From contig NC_134028.1 in assembly GCF_964204645.1 (NCBI RefSeq), positions 10,540,001 to 10,604,000 of the forward strand: a stretch of 64,000 nucleotides of DNA. Direction: 5' to 3'. The stretch comes from Tubulanus polymorphus (Eukaryota; Animalia; Nemertea). Positions within the stretch are counted from its first letter, which is position 1, and each line of letters opens with the position of its first letter. The translations under genes and the position numbers were made by a program. Positions 14,501 to 26,740 of this stretch are shown in pieces. The notes below the pieces were generated by a model, which was given only the letters and a program-made list of their open reading frames with translations, was not told where the DNA came from and searched no databases.

Positions 14501-17500
14501 TTTCGGAGACGGTTGGCCCTCCCAGGTCATCTCTCGTGGCTACCATCTCCGTTTCCTAAGGCGACCGCGCCTGACGAGGTCACCTCCCGTCATGCGGCCA
14601 AAACCGGGTCAGGGGGCCTTAATCTCTCCGGCTCTCAAGGAATTGGCCGAGAAGGGAGCGATAGAACCAGTTTGCAACGAACATTCTCCCGGCTGGTTTT
14701 CTCAAATATTCATGGTACCAAAGGCCACAGGGGGTCAACGGATGGTGATAGATCTGTCATCCCTCAATCGGCACCTAGGCATTCCAAGGTTCCGGATGAC
14801 CAAACCCAAGGACGTGATTCAAGGGCTCCGTCCATCAGCTGGGGTTCCGCGTAAACAGGGAAAAATCTCAGTTGACGCTGGCCCAACAGTTCACTTATCT
14901 CGGCATGGACTTCGATCTCCGAATCGGCGAAGTCTTTCCGTCTATGGCTCGAGTAGCCGAACTTCAAGAGGCTGTAGTTGGAGTGTCCACAACCCCGAGA
15001 ACAGCTCGTTACTGGTCACGGCTTCTAGGCTCCATCAGCTCCATGGGTCTGGTGGTGCCCTTAGGCTGCCTCAGAAGCAGGCGCTTGCAACAATATTGGA
15101 AGGTCTTCTGGTCTCGGTCGAAGGGCAACTGGGAGACCTTGATTCCCGTACCTCCAACCGATCTAAGTCCGGATCTTCAGTGGTGGGCAGCAACTACGAA
15201 TCTTCGGCGCGGGGTGTCACTAGCCCCGTTAGAGGCTCCAGTTCGTGTATTCACGGATGCCAGTCACCAAGGATGGGGGGGGCACATCTGGAGAACCGAG
15301 TCAAAGCCGGGAGATGGTCTCACTACGAGGCCACCAACCACATAAATTTCCTAGAAATGCTGGCCGTGTGGAAGGCCCTGAAGTTCTTTCACAGGAGAGT
15401 GGAGGGCCACCACGTTTGGTTAGCCACAGACAATTCAACAGTGAGGGCTTACCTTCAGAACCAAGGGGGCACTCACTCAGAAACCCTCACGGGTCTGTCG
15501 GCCAAAATTCTTCTTTGGTGCCAGACAAAGGGCGTGTCCCTGACTGTGGCACATTTAGCAGGGAAAAGGAACGTGATGGCCGATGCTCTTTCTCGTCGAG
15601 GTCAGGCTATTGCGACAGAATGGGTTCTCCACCAAGAATTAGCCGATCGGGTTCGAGACATGTTTGGCAATCCGCTGCTGGATCTGTTTGCCACCCAGTT
15701 CAATCGGAGGTGTCCTCTTTTTGTTTCCCCATTTCCAGACGCGAAAGCGTGGGGGGTCGATGCCTTCTCTCTGGACTGGTCAGGGATGCATGCGTATGCG
15801 TTCCCGCCCACACCAGTCCTCCCGCGCTTGCTAGATCAAATACAGAGATCAGTCAATTGCAACATAGTTCTGGTAGCACCATGTTGCAGGGTTCGTAGCG
15901 ATCCTGGAAAGTGCTTAATAGTGCTTGAATCACAAAATGCGTTTTCAAGGCCTTGAAAATGCTTGAATTTTCAAAATTTCAGTAAAAATCATTGGAAGTC
16001 CTTGAATTTTTAATGTTGTCCAAATTTTGTCAATTATTTTGTTGTATTGACTTCAATATGCCCGCGCACTGCCAACCACGTGTGAGAGTGCTGTGACTCT
16101 GTACTGTCAGCGTACTATAGACACGTATACACTGCTGACTTGTGTATATATACAGTACAAATGTATTAGGCACGTGGCTCACTGCTGACAATGCGTATAC
16201 AAATCTATTAGTAGACACGTGGCGGCACTACCGCTGTCGCGCGCCGCATATATACAAATGCCGTTGTGATGAAATAAACAAACAAAATACTTCAAAATAA
16301 TTCTAAATAGATTATTGGTAGTAAATAATGACCTCAAATTAATATAAAGACTGTTCTTGATTTTGACGATCTTTGGAGCATTATCGAAAAGTGATTTTTT
16401 ATGTCAGGGTATCCCGAGCTGATCATGATTAAGCGTTAAGCTGTTATCATTTAGACGTTTAAGCCGGTCATCGAAATTTGTTGGATTCAAAATTAGATAG
16501 GCCAGTATGGGAAAGTGCCATTTCTCTGACTCCTGGTTGGTGCATGAATCATACAAAAGTTGGATTCAACGCAGACCAATTTCAACAGAAGCTAGGTGCA
16601 AGATATGCGCCAAAACCATTTACATATCTTCGATGGGAGAAGCGGCTCTAAAGAGCTAATTTCAGCCATCGAAACTCAAAAGGAGCAAATTAATCGATTG
16701 TAAATAGGTAGATGAGCTGTAATTTAATTTTGTATAATTTTGTTATTTTTGCTTTCGATAGTATAGCTTTTTGATGGCGAGGTCTACCTGTAGTTCTGTT
16801 GAAAGGCCCACAGATTTCTTGTTTTAAAGTTATTTATTTCTGATGCATGTAGAAAATCTTTCTTAAAATAAAGCTGAAAGATTCCAAAGTTATCAAGTAC
16901 TCTGCTACGCGTGGATGTTTCTTTATGATGATTTGCGTTTGTACTTCTTTTAAATTTCTGCAATAAAGGAATTTTCATTGCAATAAATTCGCCTTAAATA
17001 GTAGTGTTTATATGGTATTTTTCAGAAAATAGTACTTGAATTAAGTTGGGCCTGGAGGCTATGAACCCTGTGTTGGCCGGCTGAGAAATGGTTCCTACCA
17101 CTTCTCAACCTACTGTGCGACAACCCCAGGATTCTTCAGAATTTCCCATCGCTTCTGTCTCAGGGGAACTTTCGGCATCATCCAAACAGCCAGTGGTTAA
17201 ATCTGCTCGCCTGGCCATTGTCCAGTGATCCTTGTCAGCTTCAGGCTTTTCAGAACAGGCTGCCTCCTTTATAGCAGGATCTAAGCGGCCATCAACAAGT
17301 ACCATTTACGATGCCAAATGGGGTCATTTTGCGGATTGGTGTGCTGCAGGGGAAATTGATCCATGCTCACCCTCTGTAGCTCAATTGGCAGATTATAACT
17401 ATTAAACGTTACCGCTCCGCGATTTCTCATACATTGCGTGCTTCTGGACGGCCAAATGTAACAGGAGATCATCGGATATCCCAGCTTGTTGCAGGGTTTT

Positions 17501-19231
17501 TTCTATTTCCCGGCCTCGGGTACCGAGGATAGTTCCACCATGGGATCTGTCTGTAATTTTGAAGAAGTTAATGGAGGCTCCATTTGAACCTCTTTCTGCA
17601 GCGTCATTTGCGAATTTGTTGAAAAGACTGTATTCCTGCCGTTCTTAGCTTGCTCGGCCCGTCGCTCTGAGATTCATGCGCTTTCAGTGCGACAAGGTCA
17701 TATTGTCTTCGAGCCAGCGAAGGAATTTGTTTCGCTGCGGCCTGCTTTGGAGTTTTTGGCAAAGAACCGACGACCAGGCTCAGTTGGTCGTCAATGGCGA
17801 ACTGAAGCCCTAAAACATCGAGTGGAATCGGGTCTTCCAGACAAGACATTATGTCCTGTGCGTGCGTTGTGTTTCTATTTAGATCGTTCTGCTCCACCAA
17901 GGGGTTTGGAAATTCTGAAGCCTGAAATTCTGCTCTCGCCCTCCCTTCAAAAAGGAACCCACCGGACATGAGACCCAGGTTTCACAAGCTGTTAGAAAAA
18001 GGGGTTCTGGAGGTTCTAAGGGACCAACGCTCGCTCCGTTGGTTTTCGCACCCGTTCAACTTTTTCAAGTTATCAGGGGGCAGGGGCACAGTAATAGACC
18101 TCTCGTGGTTGAACGACTTCTGGATGTTCTGAACTTCAAGACGAGTGGTGTGGCGGTGTTTTTGAGAACGTTTTTTGTAGCCTGGAAATCGGACGTGCTG
18201 TCATTCCACTGGGACGGTCTCCACGCATACGTTTGTTGAGCAGGACTCTCAGGACAGTCCGACAATGGTCCTGGTGGTTCCCTGCTGGCTTGCCCAGACA
18301 TGATTCCACCATCTTCTGTGCAATCACCTCGGGTGACTGCCAGTCTTTCCATCTCTCCTGTCTCAAAGGCACCAACAGCGTTGAACAGTGGCTGAACCTG
18401 TACGTGTGGCAACTGTCCAGCAGCATCTCGAGCATGTGGGGTGCCAAGCTCATCGTCACTTCAAATCATCCCTCCTCTAGGATCGTCTATGAGGCCAAGT
18501 GGGAGCACTTCTGTGCTTGGTGTGAGGCGAGGCAGGTTGATCCACGCCATCCCACTGTAGCATCATTGGCTGATATCCTTCGTTTGTTGTTTCATCAAAA
18601 GAAGCAGCAGATTTCAACTATCAAGGGCTACCCTCCGCTCAGCAGGGTGTCCAGTTGTCACAGATGACTAGAGAATTTCTCAGCTGGTGTCAGGCTTCGC
18701 CGTGGAGCAGCCCATGAGATTTGTCGATATTCCTATGTGAAATTATTCAGACACAGAACCATAGTGCGGCGGAAACTTGATACTACTTTCAGAAGTCACC
18801 TTTCAGCTCGTGGACTTCGTCTTGTCTATCATGTTGTTTAATTCATGTTACCTTATTATTAATAATTTTTTTAGAATTTGACTCTTCTACATAACTTCAC
18901 GTTTTAGGTTTTGAGTCTTCCCATATCTCAACTCAGAGAGAAGCTCCTTGTTATGCAAACAATGCTAGCTTATGTAGATGGAATCTTATACACTATTCTA
19001 CTGTAAGTATTATTGGTTATGATACTGAACTTTCAATTGTAATGATTTTAATGATCGATAGTTTGTATTTTATAGGATATTGAATCACTGATTGTAACAG
19101 TACCTATCGGAAATACTGGCGATTTACCTGTAGTTCTCTCAGCCACTATCTTTGTTACCGTATCCTGTTGCCTGCTGTTACTGTGGATACTGTATAAACT
19201 CATTCAGCGGAATGAAGTTAAATCCGATTAA
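5402..19231 (+). CDS. PIGX: Phosphatidylinositol glycan anchor biosynthesis class X (PIG-X), 5 coding exons: 5402-5550, 5650-5800, 10208-10418, 18908-19002, 19076-19231 (762 nt, 253 aa)
   Basis: All introns are GT-AG with consistent phases (2,0,1,0). The spliced protein has an N-terminal signal-like segment, GFHR, IPNSVYIDVYQI, DIEKPDY, LPIHLRYH, APC-x6-CRW, VPIG and a C-terminal TM helix. These match the order and spacing of PIG-X/PBN1 family motifs. Confidence 0.9.
5650..5800 (+). CDS. PIGX: PIG-X coding exon 2
   Basis: Acceptor TTTTCCAG, NLVTEIK...IPNSVYIDVYQI...GPQ, donor CAG|GTATGG. Confidence 0.9.
6620..7776 (+). mobile_element. Helentron-associated non-autonomous element with internal 154 bp tandem array
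   Basis: 5' TTTTTAGCCCACTT, 3' AAGTTGGC...CCCCTAGTTT; closely similar to copies at 30396-31604, 51654-52625 (-) and 63655-64000 (-). Confidence 0.75.
7130..7720 (+). repeat. Tandem repeat, ~154 bp unit, ~4 copies
   Basis: GCATATTTT(G)TTACCA recurs at ~7130, 7284, 7438, 7592. Confidence 0.9.
7776..8150. repeat. Low-complexity array of short GAACAAAA/TTTGTTC motifs
   Basis: Repeated TTCGAACAAA/TTGTTCGAA units in both orientations. Confidence 0.6.
8170..9220 (-). pseudogene. Degraded non-LTR retrotransposon (LINE) reverse transcriptase relic, split by a MITE
   Basis: Minus-strand fragments QHRFIKRRST, TQGSILSRLLFTVLVND (PQGS.LGP.LF..Y.ND-like), QNDLNKL, WSETWKMSFN. Confidence 0.6.
8436..9025. 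mobile_element. Tc1/mariner-pogo-type MITE
   Basis: TIR CCGTAAAAACCGGCGTATAAGTC / GACTTATACGCCGGTTTTTACGG; TA on both flanks (8434-35, 9026-27). Confidence 0.9.
10208..10418 (+). CDS. PIGX: PIG-X coding exon 3
   Basis: Acceptor TTTACAG, ILPDMDIDIEKPDY...LPIHLRYH...LVRCK, donor AAG|GTAAAG. Confidence 0.9.
10687..11040. mobile_element. Palindromic MITE
   Basis: CCATCCTCCCCCGGCAGGGGATTCGAACCTGATGGCAT is inverted at ~10996-11032; inner arms also pair. Confidence 0.7.
11041..11546. mobile_element. Palindromic MITE with ~200 bp arms
   Basis: CTACTGTCGGTCACAC...GCATTCAGAAATAAA is inverted at ~11426-11546; inner arms 11199-11243 and 11344-11386. Confidence 0.8.
12160..12769. mobile_element. pogo-type MITE (family of 23550-24157)
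   Basis: TA-CCGTATTTTCCGA... / ...TCGGAAAATACAG; body aligns with 23550-24157. Confidence 0.85.
13120..14443 (+). pseudogene. DIRS gag-like ORF1 (fragmented)
   Basis: N-terminal Cys/His cluster CGH...DDHGLC...C...PC, R/S-rich middle, C-terminal basic GSYRGKGK tail overlapping pol. Confidence 0.65.
14444..17110 (+). pseudogene. DIRS pol: RT (catalytic core deleted), RNase H and methyltransferase-like domain; interrupted by hAT-type insertion 15887-17070
   Basis: PVGGCL...W, KGAIE, FSQIFMVPKATGGQRMVIDLSSLN, TYLG, FTDASHQGWG, HINFLEMLAV, TDNSTV, NVMADALSR, DLFA, YAFPP. No YxDD (deletion at ~14832). Removing the insert restores APCWPAEKWF. Confidence 0.9.
15887..17070 (+). mobile_element. Internally deleted hAT-like (hAT5-type) DNA transposon
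   Basis: Termini CAGGGTTC / GAACCCTG, 5 bp TSD TGTTG (15882-86, 17071-75); transposase N-terminal BED-finger remnant at 16507-16659 (MGKCHFSDSWL...ARCKICAKTIYISSMGEAALKS). Confidence 0.8.
17215..17971 (+). pseudogene. DIRS tyrosine recombinase (frameshifted, 3' truncated)
   Basis: RPSTSTIYDAKW..FADWC, PPWDLSVIL, PFEPL, SARRSEIHAL, LCPVRAL. Confidence 0.88.
17972..18780 (+). mobile_element. Second, heavily deleted DIRS-like fragment
   Basis: Successive scraps LLEKGVLE (RT), DVLSFHWDGLHAY (MT-like), SSRIVYEAKWEHFCAWC...DP (recombinase N-terminus), divergent from the first copy. Confidence 0.75.
18908..19002 (+). CDS. PIGX: PIG-X coding exon 4
   Basis: Acceptor GTTTTAG, (G)FESSHISTQREAPCYANNASLCRWNLIHYST, donor GTAAGT. 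Confidence 0.85.
19076..19231 (+). CDS. PIGX: PIG-X last coding exon (TM anchor)
   Basis: Acceptor TTTTATAG, DIESLIVTVPIGNTGDLPVVLSATIFVTVSCCLLLLWILYK...D-stop. Confidence 0.88.
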   Translation, partial: DIESLIVTVPIGNTGDLPVVLSATIFVTVSCCLLLLWILYKLIQRNEVKSD

Positions 19232-19473
19232 CCCTTTCGGCGCATCTACACTGCAGGGCAATGTATGAACTGGTGATGGATTTTGCTAGTACACCGCACT
19301 GCGGTGTATTGATGTAAGTAGTAATTAGTCTTTACCTCTATTAGATGGTGGTAGCACCTGTCAAAAATAGTGAAATATTAGTAACTAACAATACACTGCG
19401 GCGCGGTGTAGACGCACTATAGTGGTATTCCCGTTATTCAACACACTAGGGTGGAATTTTTACAAAATTTTAA

Positions 19474-20910
19474 AGGGTAACTGACACTTTTTTTTTTATT
19501 TCAAAATATGATGTATTCTATTGATCTATACACTCATCTTCAACCGTTCTGTTCCAAAATGTTTAGTTAACGCGCAATTTGTGATTTTGTAACAAGATTT
19601 TTGACCTCATTTCGTTGTTTACATCGCTTACTGTTCAGCGTCGGCTAAATCAGCAGGTGCGCGCTGCAACGTCATTACAGGCAGAGCTGAGAAATAGCGT
19701 CTATAGAAATGTGTTGAATTTTGAGGAAACTGCGTGTATTTTCTGTTATATCTCAATGCCAGATTGTTTTACAGCTTTGAAACTGGCCAGGGAGTTAAAA
19801 GGATCTATTGTCTATTGCATAAACCTATTTCAAAGAATCAATGAGTAATTTGAATAGGCTAAATCGATCAAATTGAAGATGCAGATTTCAATCCGCTGCT
19901 ATGAAGCTATTTTAAAGTACACTATGCTAAGCTCTCAGCACTGTTACTGCTGCTCCATAGTTCACCTATAGTTCAGCACCACAAGCATACTACAGTGTCT
20001 TATGTAATCACAGATTTCGATCTCGCTAAAGAATAAATAGATTCATATTCGTTTACTATTTTTCAAAGTCATTTAAGACTAAGTAGGCCTAGTTTTAAAA
20101 CTAACACTTCAAAACTCTACAAAAACTTTCATAAATTTCTACAGCTTTACAACAAATATTCAAAGGAATAATGTTTTTCGATTAAAGTTTCACGCTGCAG
20201 AAGAGTTTTGATAGATTACATCACAAATCTTTCACAAATGTTATTTCTAAGTTTTAAAATAGGATGGATGAGGAAATATTCTTATTTTGTGACCAAAGCC
20301 GCTACCAATACGAGGTATATTTCAAGAAAAGAATTGAAATTATTCTTGCGGCTAATTCTGTCTAAGTTTCATCATCAGTTCATTAGTCAAAATATTCTTA
20401 GATCTAACCATGATCTTACTTACTATCACTAAATGATATTACAAAACGATGATTTAAACATCCGTGTTCCCTGCTGTCTACTAGAAAATGCCATGGATTG
20501 CTATTCAAATCCTATTTTTGCGCTTAGTTGGAACGGATATGGTCCATTCAACAGTTAAGTATAATCATTAATATGTAGACTTTCAAAATCAAGAGGCATT
20601 TTGTCTCAATTCGAATGCCAAATAGGTATAAAATTAAGTTGAATTGCTCTTGTAGCTTATTTCCTATTCATTTCTATAGACATCATTTCCGAGCCGTTAC
20701 TTTAGTGACGTAGTTCTATTAATAGACACAGTACCACGCGTTCAGCAGAAGCAATGTATACACTGAACAGGTGCGCGAACATCAAAATCATCAATTCTGA
20801 CTAGATTGAAAAGATTTGTCCAATTATGAAATCACCTAGCCTTATTGTATACTATAATATATCGTTTAGTGTAAAAAGTAGAAAATCTTTTAAAAAGTGT
20901 CAGTTACCCT
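19474..20910. mobile_element. Non-autonomous TTAA-specific DNA transposon (Kolobok-like)
   Basis: TIR AGGGTAACTGACACTTTTT / AAAAAGTGTCAGTTACCCT; TTAA at 19470-73 and 20911-14. Confidence 0.85.
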
Positions 20911-22825
20911 TTAAGTTATCTCCAGCACTGTAGGGTATTGATTAGTCAGCACTGAAAGGGTAAACTATGTGTTTTTCATGTAGGTTATTGTTGGAAAATC
21001 TTTGAATTTTGAATTGAAATTTGTAAATATTTCTAGTTAATATATTTTTAAGTATCAAATATTTAGCATTTTTCTTAAGTTATTTTTTATAATCTTGACC
21101 CAAATTTTTTTAAACTGCATTTAGAAAATTTTAGGGGGTTCGTTTGCTACCCCCGAACCTCCCCCTCGACACGGGCCTGCTTTCAAATTGCCAAAAACTT
21201 TGGCAAAAAAATAAAAATTTGATATTGCTTGTACCGTATTTTCCGGTGTATAAGTCGAGTTTTTGAGACCAAAAATCATGTCCAAAAAACGTAGGTCGAC
21301 TTATACACCGGCTACACTTTCGATATCGTTTTAAACTGACGATGTTTAGAGTTCAAGGTCGCCATGATGAAATGGAATATTAATTTATGTTAGGCTACAC
21401 TCATATACCAATTAGAATTTAGGATGTTTATAAAAATAGTTTCTTATAGTTTGGAAATGTTTCAAAATTAACTAATGTTAAAAATCAAAAGAGAAAGAAA
21501 ACCGCGTATATTCATTGTACAGTGTTCATATAAGCCGCGATGCTGTGGCAGCGTGCCAATAATCAATACACAGTGTTTATTTCTCACACCTGACGATGAT
21601 CTCTAGGGTGAGATCGAAAAGTCGTGTCTTTTAAATATTTTAGATTTAATAAATAAATTCTGGTTTTTAAATTCTTTTAATCTGTAAATAGTGGGATTTT
21701 ATCTTAATACACAGTGAGTCTAATACTAGACTACAGGCGCGCGGCATTCAACGTATACACTATACATTCAACACGTGGATACAAACAATGAGCACTAATC
21801 TTGTAATTTAATATTAGAAACAACAGATCCCAATGATTTAATAATGCAAACAGTGGTAAAGACTCTCAACTACTATGAGAATGACATCGGCACTGTTTTC
21901 AATGTGACATAGGCCTATCTAAACACATGAAGAAGCGACTCGACTTATACACCGACTATAGCCCTACACTGTAAAAAAAGTAACGGACGAATTCTGTTTT
22001 TTACGCCCTATTTCCATCACTATGAGGAATAAATCGCTTTAAAACTGAAAATTTGATTTTAAAACGGATAAAAATGATTTTCAACGTTGATTCCGTAATC
22101 AACAAAAAACGTAAATGCCCTAAAACCAAATATACGGAGAAAAACAGATTTGAACGCCATATTTCATTCCGAAATCCGTTTTTTAATTCCGTTATTTAGT
22201 CTATACGGCGATGGCAGTTTAAAAACGTCAATTTGCCTTCAAAATAGGGATTTCCCTAAACGCGATCGATAATTTTCCAGTTTCGTACGGACAGCTACCT
22301 TTCAGTACGGAGTTTTACTGTTTCATGAGGAAAAAACTGTTTTGTCACGTGCGTCGTCACACTTGAATTCATCCAAGATGGAAGACAGACTTGATGCCGC
22401 TCGATTCAACAAATGCAGCCATACCAGTGTCGATTGAACAGGTAATAATTCCCACCGAACGTAATTCAAAGCAGCATTTCACGCAGAACTACATGAACGG
22501 AATGAAAGGTCAAAATATTTATTGATTGAATCGAAAACATAGGCCTTTTTGTATTGTAACGTCACTCGGCTTGAAAAAAGTACGTTCGTCGTTCCCGTGG
22601 CGTGTGTCGTGTCCATTTCTATTTAATCTCTGCAAGTAAAACTTACACTGTCTCTGTTGATCATCATCCACTGAACTGCCCCCGTACCGCCCATGTATTT
22701 TTTTGAGTTTCGCAAGTCAAAGACAATGTTGAACACCAACAATTCAACTAAAAGGATCACGATTCAATATGCACCAGGGAAATGTGGTACGTAATGTACT
22801 ACCGGTACTGAAAGAGGCATTTCAG

Positions 22826-23375
22826 TGGCCAATCAAGTCAAAATATGTCCCAGTTTCGGGTGATTTCAAATGACATGAATATCTGCACGGCCATTAATTC
22901 CCCAAGCAGTGACAAAACACTGTCCCAGTTTATCAGAGGGGTTTTGATTTTTTTAGGGGGAGAATTGGAATCATCAAGGTATAACATCAAGGATAACATA
23001 CGTATGTCATTTATGTGGATCGTCTCACAGTCTTTGAAAGCCTATTGTAGACATTATTCCCAACATCGGCATCTTCCAAACATCAAATTTCCCTGTCCAT
23101 TGGCCAATCAAGTCAAAATATGTCCCAGTTACGGGTGATTTCAAATGACATGAATATCTGCACGGCCATTAATTCCCCAAGCAGTGACAAAACACTGTCC
23201 CAGTTTATCAGAGGGGTTTTGATTTTATTAGGGGGAGAATTGGAATCATCAAGGTATAACATCAAGGATAACATACGTATGTCATTTATGTGGATCGTCT
23301 CACAGTCTTTGAAAGCCTATTGTAGACATTATTCCCAACATCGGCATCTTCCAAACATCAAATTTCCCTGTCCAT
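22826..23375 (+). repeat. Direct tandem duplication, 275 bp x2
   Basis: 22826-23100 and 23101-23375 are nearly identical. Confidence 0.95.
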
Positions 23376-26325
23376 TTAGAGGATGTGCAGAGAGAGTTGC
23401 GTAATAATGCATTGAATATGCACATGAGTCGTATCCATCAGTCGCAGCGGGCAGTTGCACAAAAGTCAACAATTCCATTTAGTGGAGTGCAGTTGTGTTG
23501 TACCATTCAACTATGCCATAGTATCTTTTCCAATTTAAATGAACTAATACCGTATTTTCCGGCCAATAAGCCGAGGGCAGTTTTTTAGCCTAAAATACAT
23601 GGATTTCATAAAGCTTCGCCCAATAAGCCGAGGCCCTTCATCAGAGATTTTAATTCACTGATTTGTCAATTAGTTCGTCTTAATTGATGATTTAAGAGGC
23701 TGACAGTAGCGCCCGCCGATGTGTGAGAGTGCTGTGTATACTATCATCGCCGAGTGACTGTGCTATATATAGACTCACTCAGCTGATTACTATACACACA
23801 GCCATACACGCAGTACGCGGCTCACTGCTGATTTGCATATATACTAATGTATGAACTGACACGTGGTAGTACGATGAACTCGCGCGTTATATAAATGTAT
23901 ACCATTGCCACTGTGCGGTGATGGAACAATCAAAGTAAAAATAAAATAGTTCAAAATAGATTATAATTGGTAGTAAATAATGACCTCAAATAAATTTCGA
24001 CCACTTTTCTTGATTTTGACGATCATTGAGAGCATTAGAGTGGCATAGATCGGGAAGTGATTTTTTATGTCAGATCGTATCCGCCCAATAAGCCGATCAC
24101 GATATTTTGGGTAAAAATCTGAGGCTAGAAAATCGGCTTATTGGCCGGAAAATACGGTAACCCATCTAAAATATCACATTACATCAGGTCACGAAATACA
24201 ATGTCCATTTAAATCATGTGGAAATAATTATAAGAAAAAGTCATCATTTTCTAGTCATTTATCCCGAAAACATATACACCCATGGACTGAAGTAACAGTA
24301 AATCCAGGATTATTCATCAATAATGATACCGAATCAGCCATGGATGTCATTTTACGTGCCAAATTGAAAAATTATGGGATCTCAGATGATGTTATCAAAA
24401 GTGTGACAGACAGTTTAGAACAAGATAATGTATTTTATAATCTGACAGATAATAAAACAGGGCCATTTCACTCGGAATATGCTAGGAAATCATTTTTCAC
24501 ACAGCACTTTCATTTTGTTGCCCCTCAAAAACTTCAATTAGGCCAAAGTGATGAAGATTATTTGTATTATATTCCCATTGTTGATTGTCTAAATGGTATA
24601 CTGCATGATGAATCATTTTGTGAACAATTAAATAATCCACTTCCTCACTCAGATATCGACTTTCTCAGAGACGTGCACGATGGGCTTGTTTCCAAGAATA
24701 ACACATTTCTTTCAACTTCTGAAAAAAGATTAGAGTTGATTCTATACCAGGATGAATTCGAGGTAGTGAATCCGATTGGTTCTTCTAGGAAAAAACACAA
24801 AATTCTAGCTGTCTATTATAGTTTAGGAAACATCTATCCGTGTCATAGGAGCAAAATAAACCATATTCAGTGTGTTTCTTGTGCAAACATGACACAGTTA
24901 GAAAATATGGAATTCAAAAGGTGTTTGGGAGACTTATGGATGATATCAAATATATAGAGAATTCGGGAATTGAGATTCCAAATACAAACGATAGCATTAA
25001 AGGCACTTTGCTGTGCGTTTTACGAGACAATTTGGGCTCAAATGCAATTGGCGGTTTCACCGAAAATTTTTCCACATCTTTCAATTGGTGTCGGTATTGT
25101 TTATATTCTTCCCCAGACTTTAAACGAAGAAGTAGGCCTATGACAAAAAGACCAGAAAGAACGTCTGCCAAATATAATGCCTTCGTTGAAATATTGAAGG
25201 ATGGCGATTGGTCTTTCACCAGGGAATTAAAGTGAATTCTGTTTTGAATAGTCTAGAATATCATCATGTTTGTACCCCTGGTCTTCCTCCATGTCTGGCG
25301 CACGACGTATTGTAAGGCATTATCGTTTATGACCTTTTTTGATTTTTGAAATGGTTTAAAGTTGAAGATTTGTTAAGAAAAATTAAAAGCTTTAAATTAA
25401 AGGATAACGATGCGCTTGACCGTCCAGCAATATCATGGAATAAAAAGACAGGTCTTAAGATATCAGGAGGTGCAATCCAAAATTGGGTGCTTTTGCGCCA
25501 TTTACCCATTATCTGAGAAAGTTCTATAATTGATTGGACAGACAAGATTTGGCAACTGTTCATTTTGTTAAAGGAGGTTGTTGAAATTATATGTGCTCCT
25601 TGCCTAAACCATGATATGATTGATAAAATGGATACACTAATTCATGATTACATCGAATTAAGAATACAATACTTTGCTGAAAGTCGAATTAAACCAAAAC
25701 ACCACTTCTTATCGCATTACCCCACGTTGACGCTTCAGTTTCGTTAATTCAAGTGTGGACAATGCGCATGGAGTCGAAGCACTTATATTTAAAAAAATTT
25801 GCTCGGCGTGCACAGAATTTTAAGAATATTTTGCTGACATTATCTGAGAAACACCAATTTCTGCAATCCTACTATTCTGCAGGCAATTTGTTTGGCCAGG
25901 CCTTAACCTATGAGAAAACTGTAGCTTTTTCAGAAACATTGTATAGTCGGGAAATTGTGCAATGTGTTCGATTGAAGATACCAAATACAAGCATATGCTC
26001 TGTTAGCAATGAACTTATATATAATAACACCTTATACAAACATGACATGTATGTAGTTTTGGAATCGTCATCGGAGAAAGGTATTGTGCTTGGAAAAATC
26101 ATTCTTTTGCTCGTAAAAGAAAATAATGAACCCTATTGTATAGTTAAGAAAACAAACACCATTTACATTCGTCGATTCGGGGTACACAAACTAGACTCAA
26201 CCGATAAGCTCAGCTGTGTAAGAATTGATGGTTTGTTGGATTATCACACACTACCTTCTTACATAATGTCTGGTGATACAGAAGTGGTTACATTGAAGCA
26301 TGCGGTGCCTACATACATGTACTAG
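22845..26325 (+). pseudogene. EnSpm-like transposase with N-terminal C2H2 zinc fingers (stops, frameshifts, MITE insertion)
   Basis: CPFKSC...HLSRKH, LILYQDEFEVVNPIGS, DNLGSNAIGGF.ENFS, CRYC, GLPPCLAHD, KPKHHFLSHYP, WTMRMESKH. Confidence 0.85.
23550..24157. mobile_element. pogo-type MITE inserted in the transposase zinc-finger region
   Basis: Perfect TIR CCGTATTTTCCGGCCAATAAGCCGA, TA TSD; excision restores ...ELITHLKYH in frame. Confidence 0.92.
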
Positions 26326-26574
26326 GAATTTTATTTTAGACTTTGATAATGAACCCTATTGTATAGTTAAGAAAACAAACACCATTTACATTCGTCGATT
26401 CGGGGTACACAAACTAGACTCAACCGATAAGCTCAGCTGTGTAAGAATTGATGGTTTGTTGGATTATCACACACTACCTTCTTACATAATGTCTGGTGAT
26501 ACAGATACAGAAGTGGTTACATTGAAGCATGCAGTGCCTACATACATGTACTAGGAATTTTATTTTAGACTTTG
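26123..26574 (+). repeat. Direct tandem duplication (~223 bp x2) of the transposase 3' end
   Basis: NEPYCIVKK...AVPTYMY encoded twice; second copy has 6 extra bp. Confidence 0.95.
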
Positions 26575-26740
26575 CCATTTGGCGAACCATTGGATACAAA
26601 CTATACGTACACATATTGGACAGAGGATAAAAATGATTCAAAGGCTGCCAAAACGGAAGATGTGCTGGTACGTCCATCATGAATGTTCAGAGCTCAATTC
26701 TTCTTAAAACAAGTAGTGTATTGTATATTTTGACTTTTAG

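Larger units (their letters stand above)
12870..17971 (+). mobile_element. Decayed DIRS1-like tyrosine-recombinase retrotransposon in PIG-X intron 3 (boundaries approximate)
   Basis: GC-richer block with gag, RT, RNase H, methyltransferase-like and tyrosine recombinase remnants in DIRS1 order. Confidence 0.88.

Noticed and set aside
15640-15880. Adenine methyltransferase-like motifs (DLFA, YAFPP) as a novel fusion to RT/RNase H
   Set aside because: A known standard domain of DIRS1-like pol ORFs
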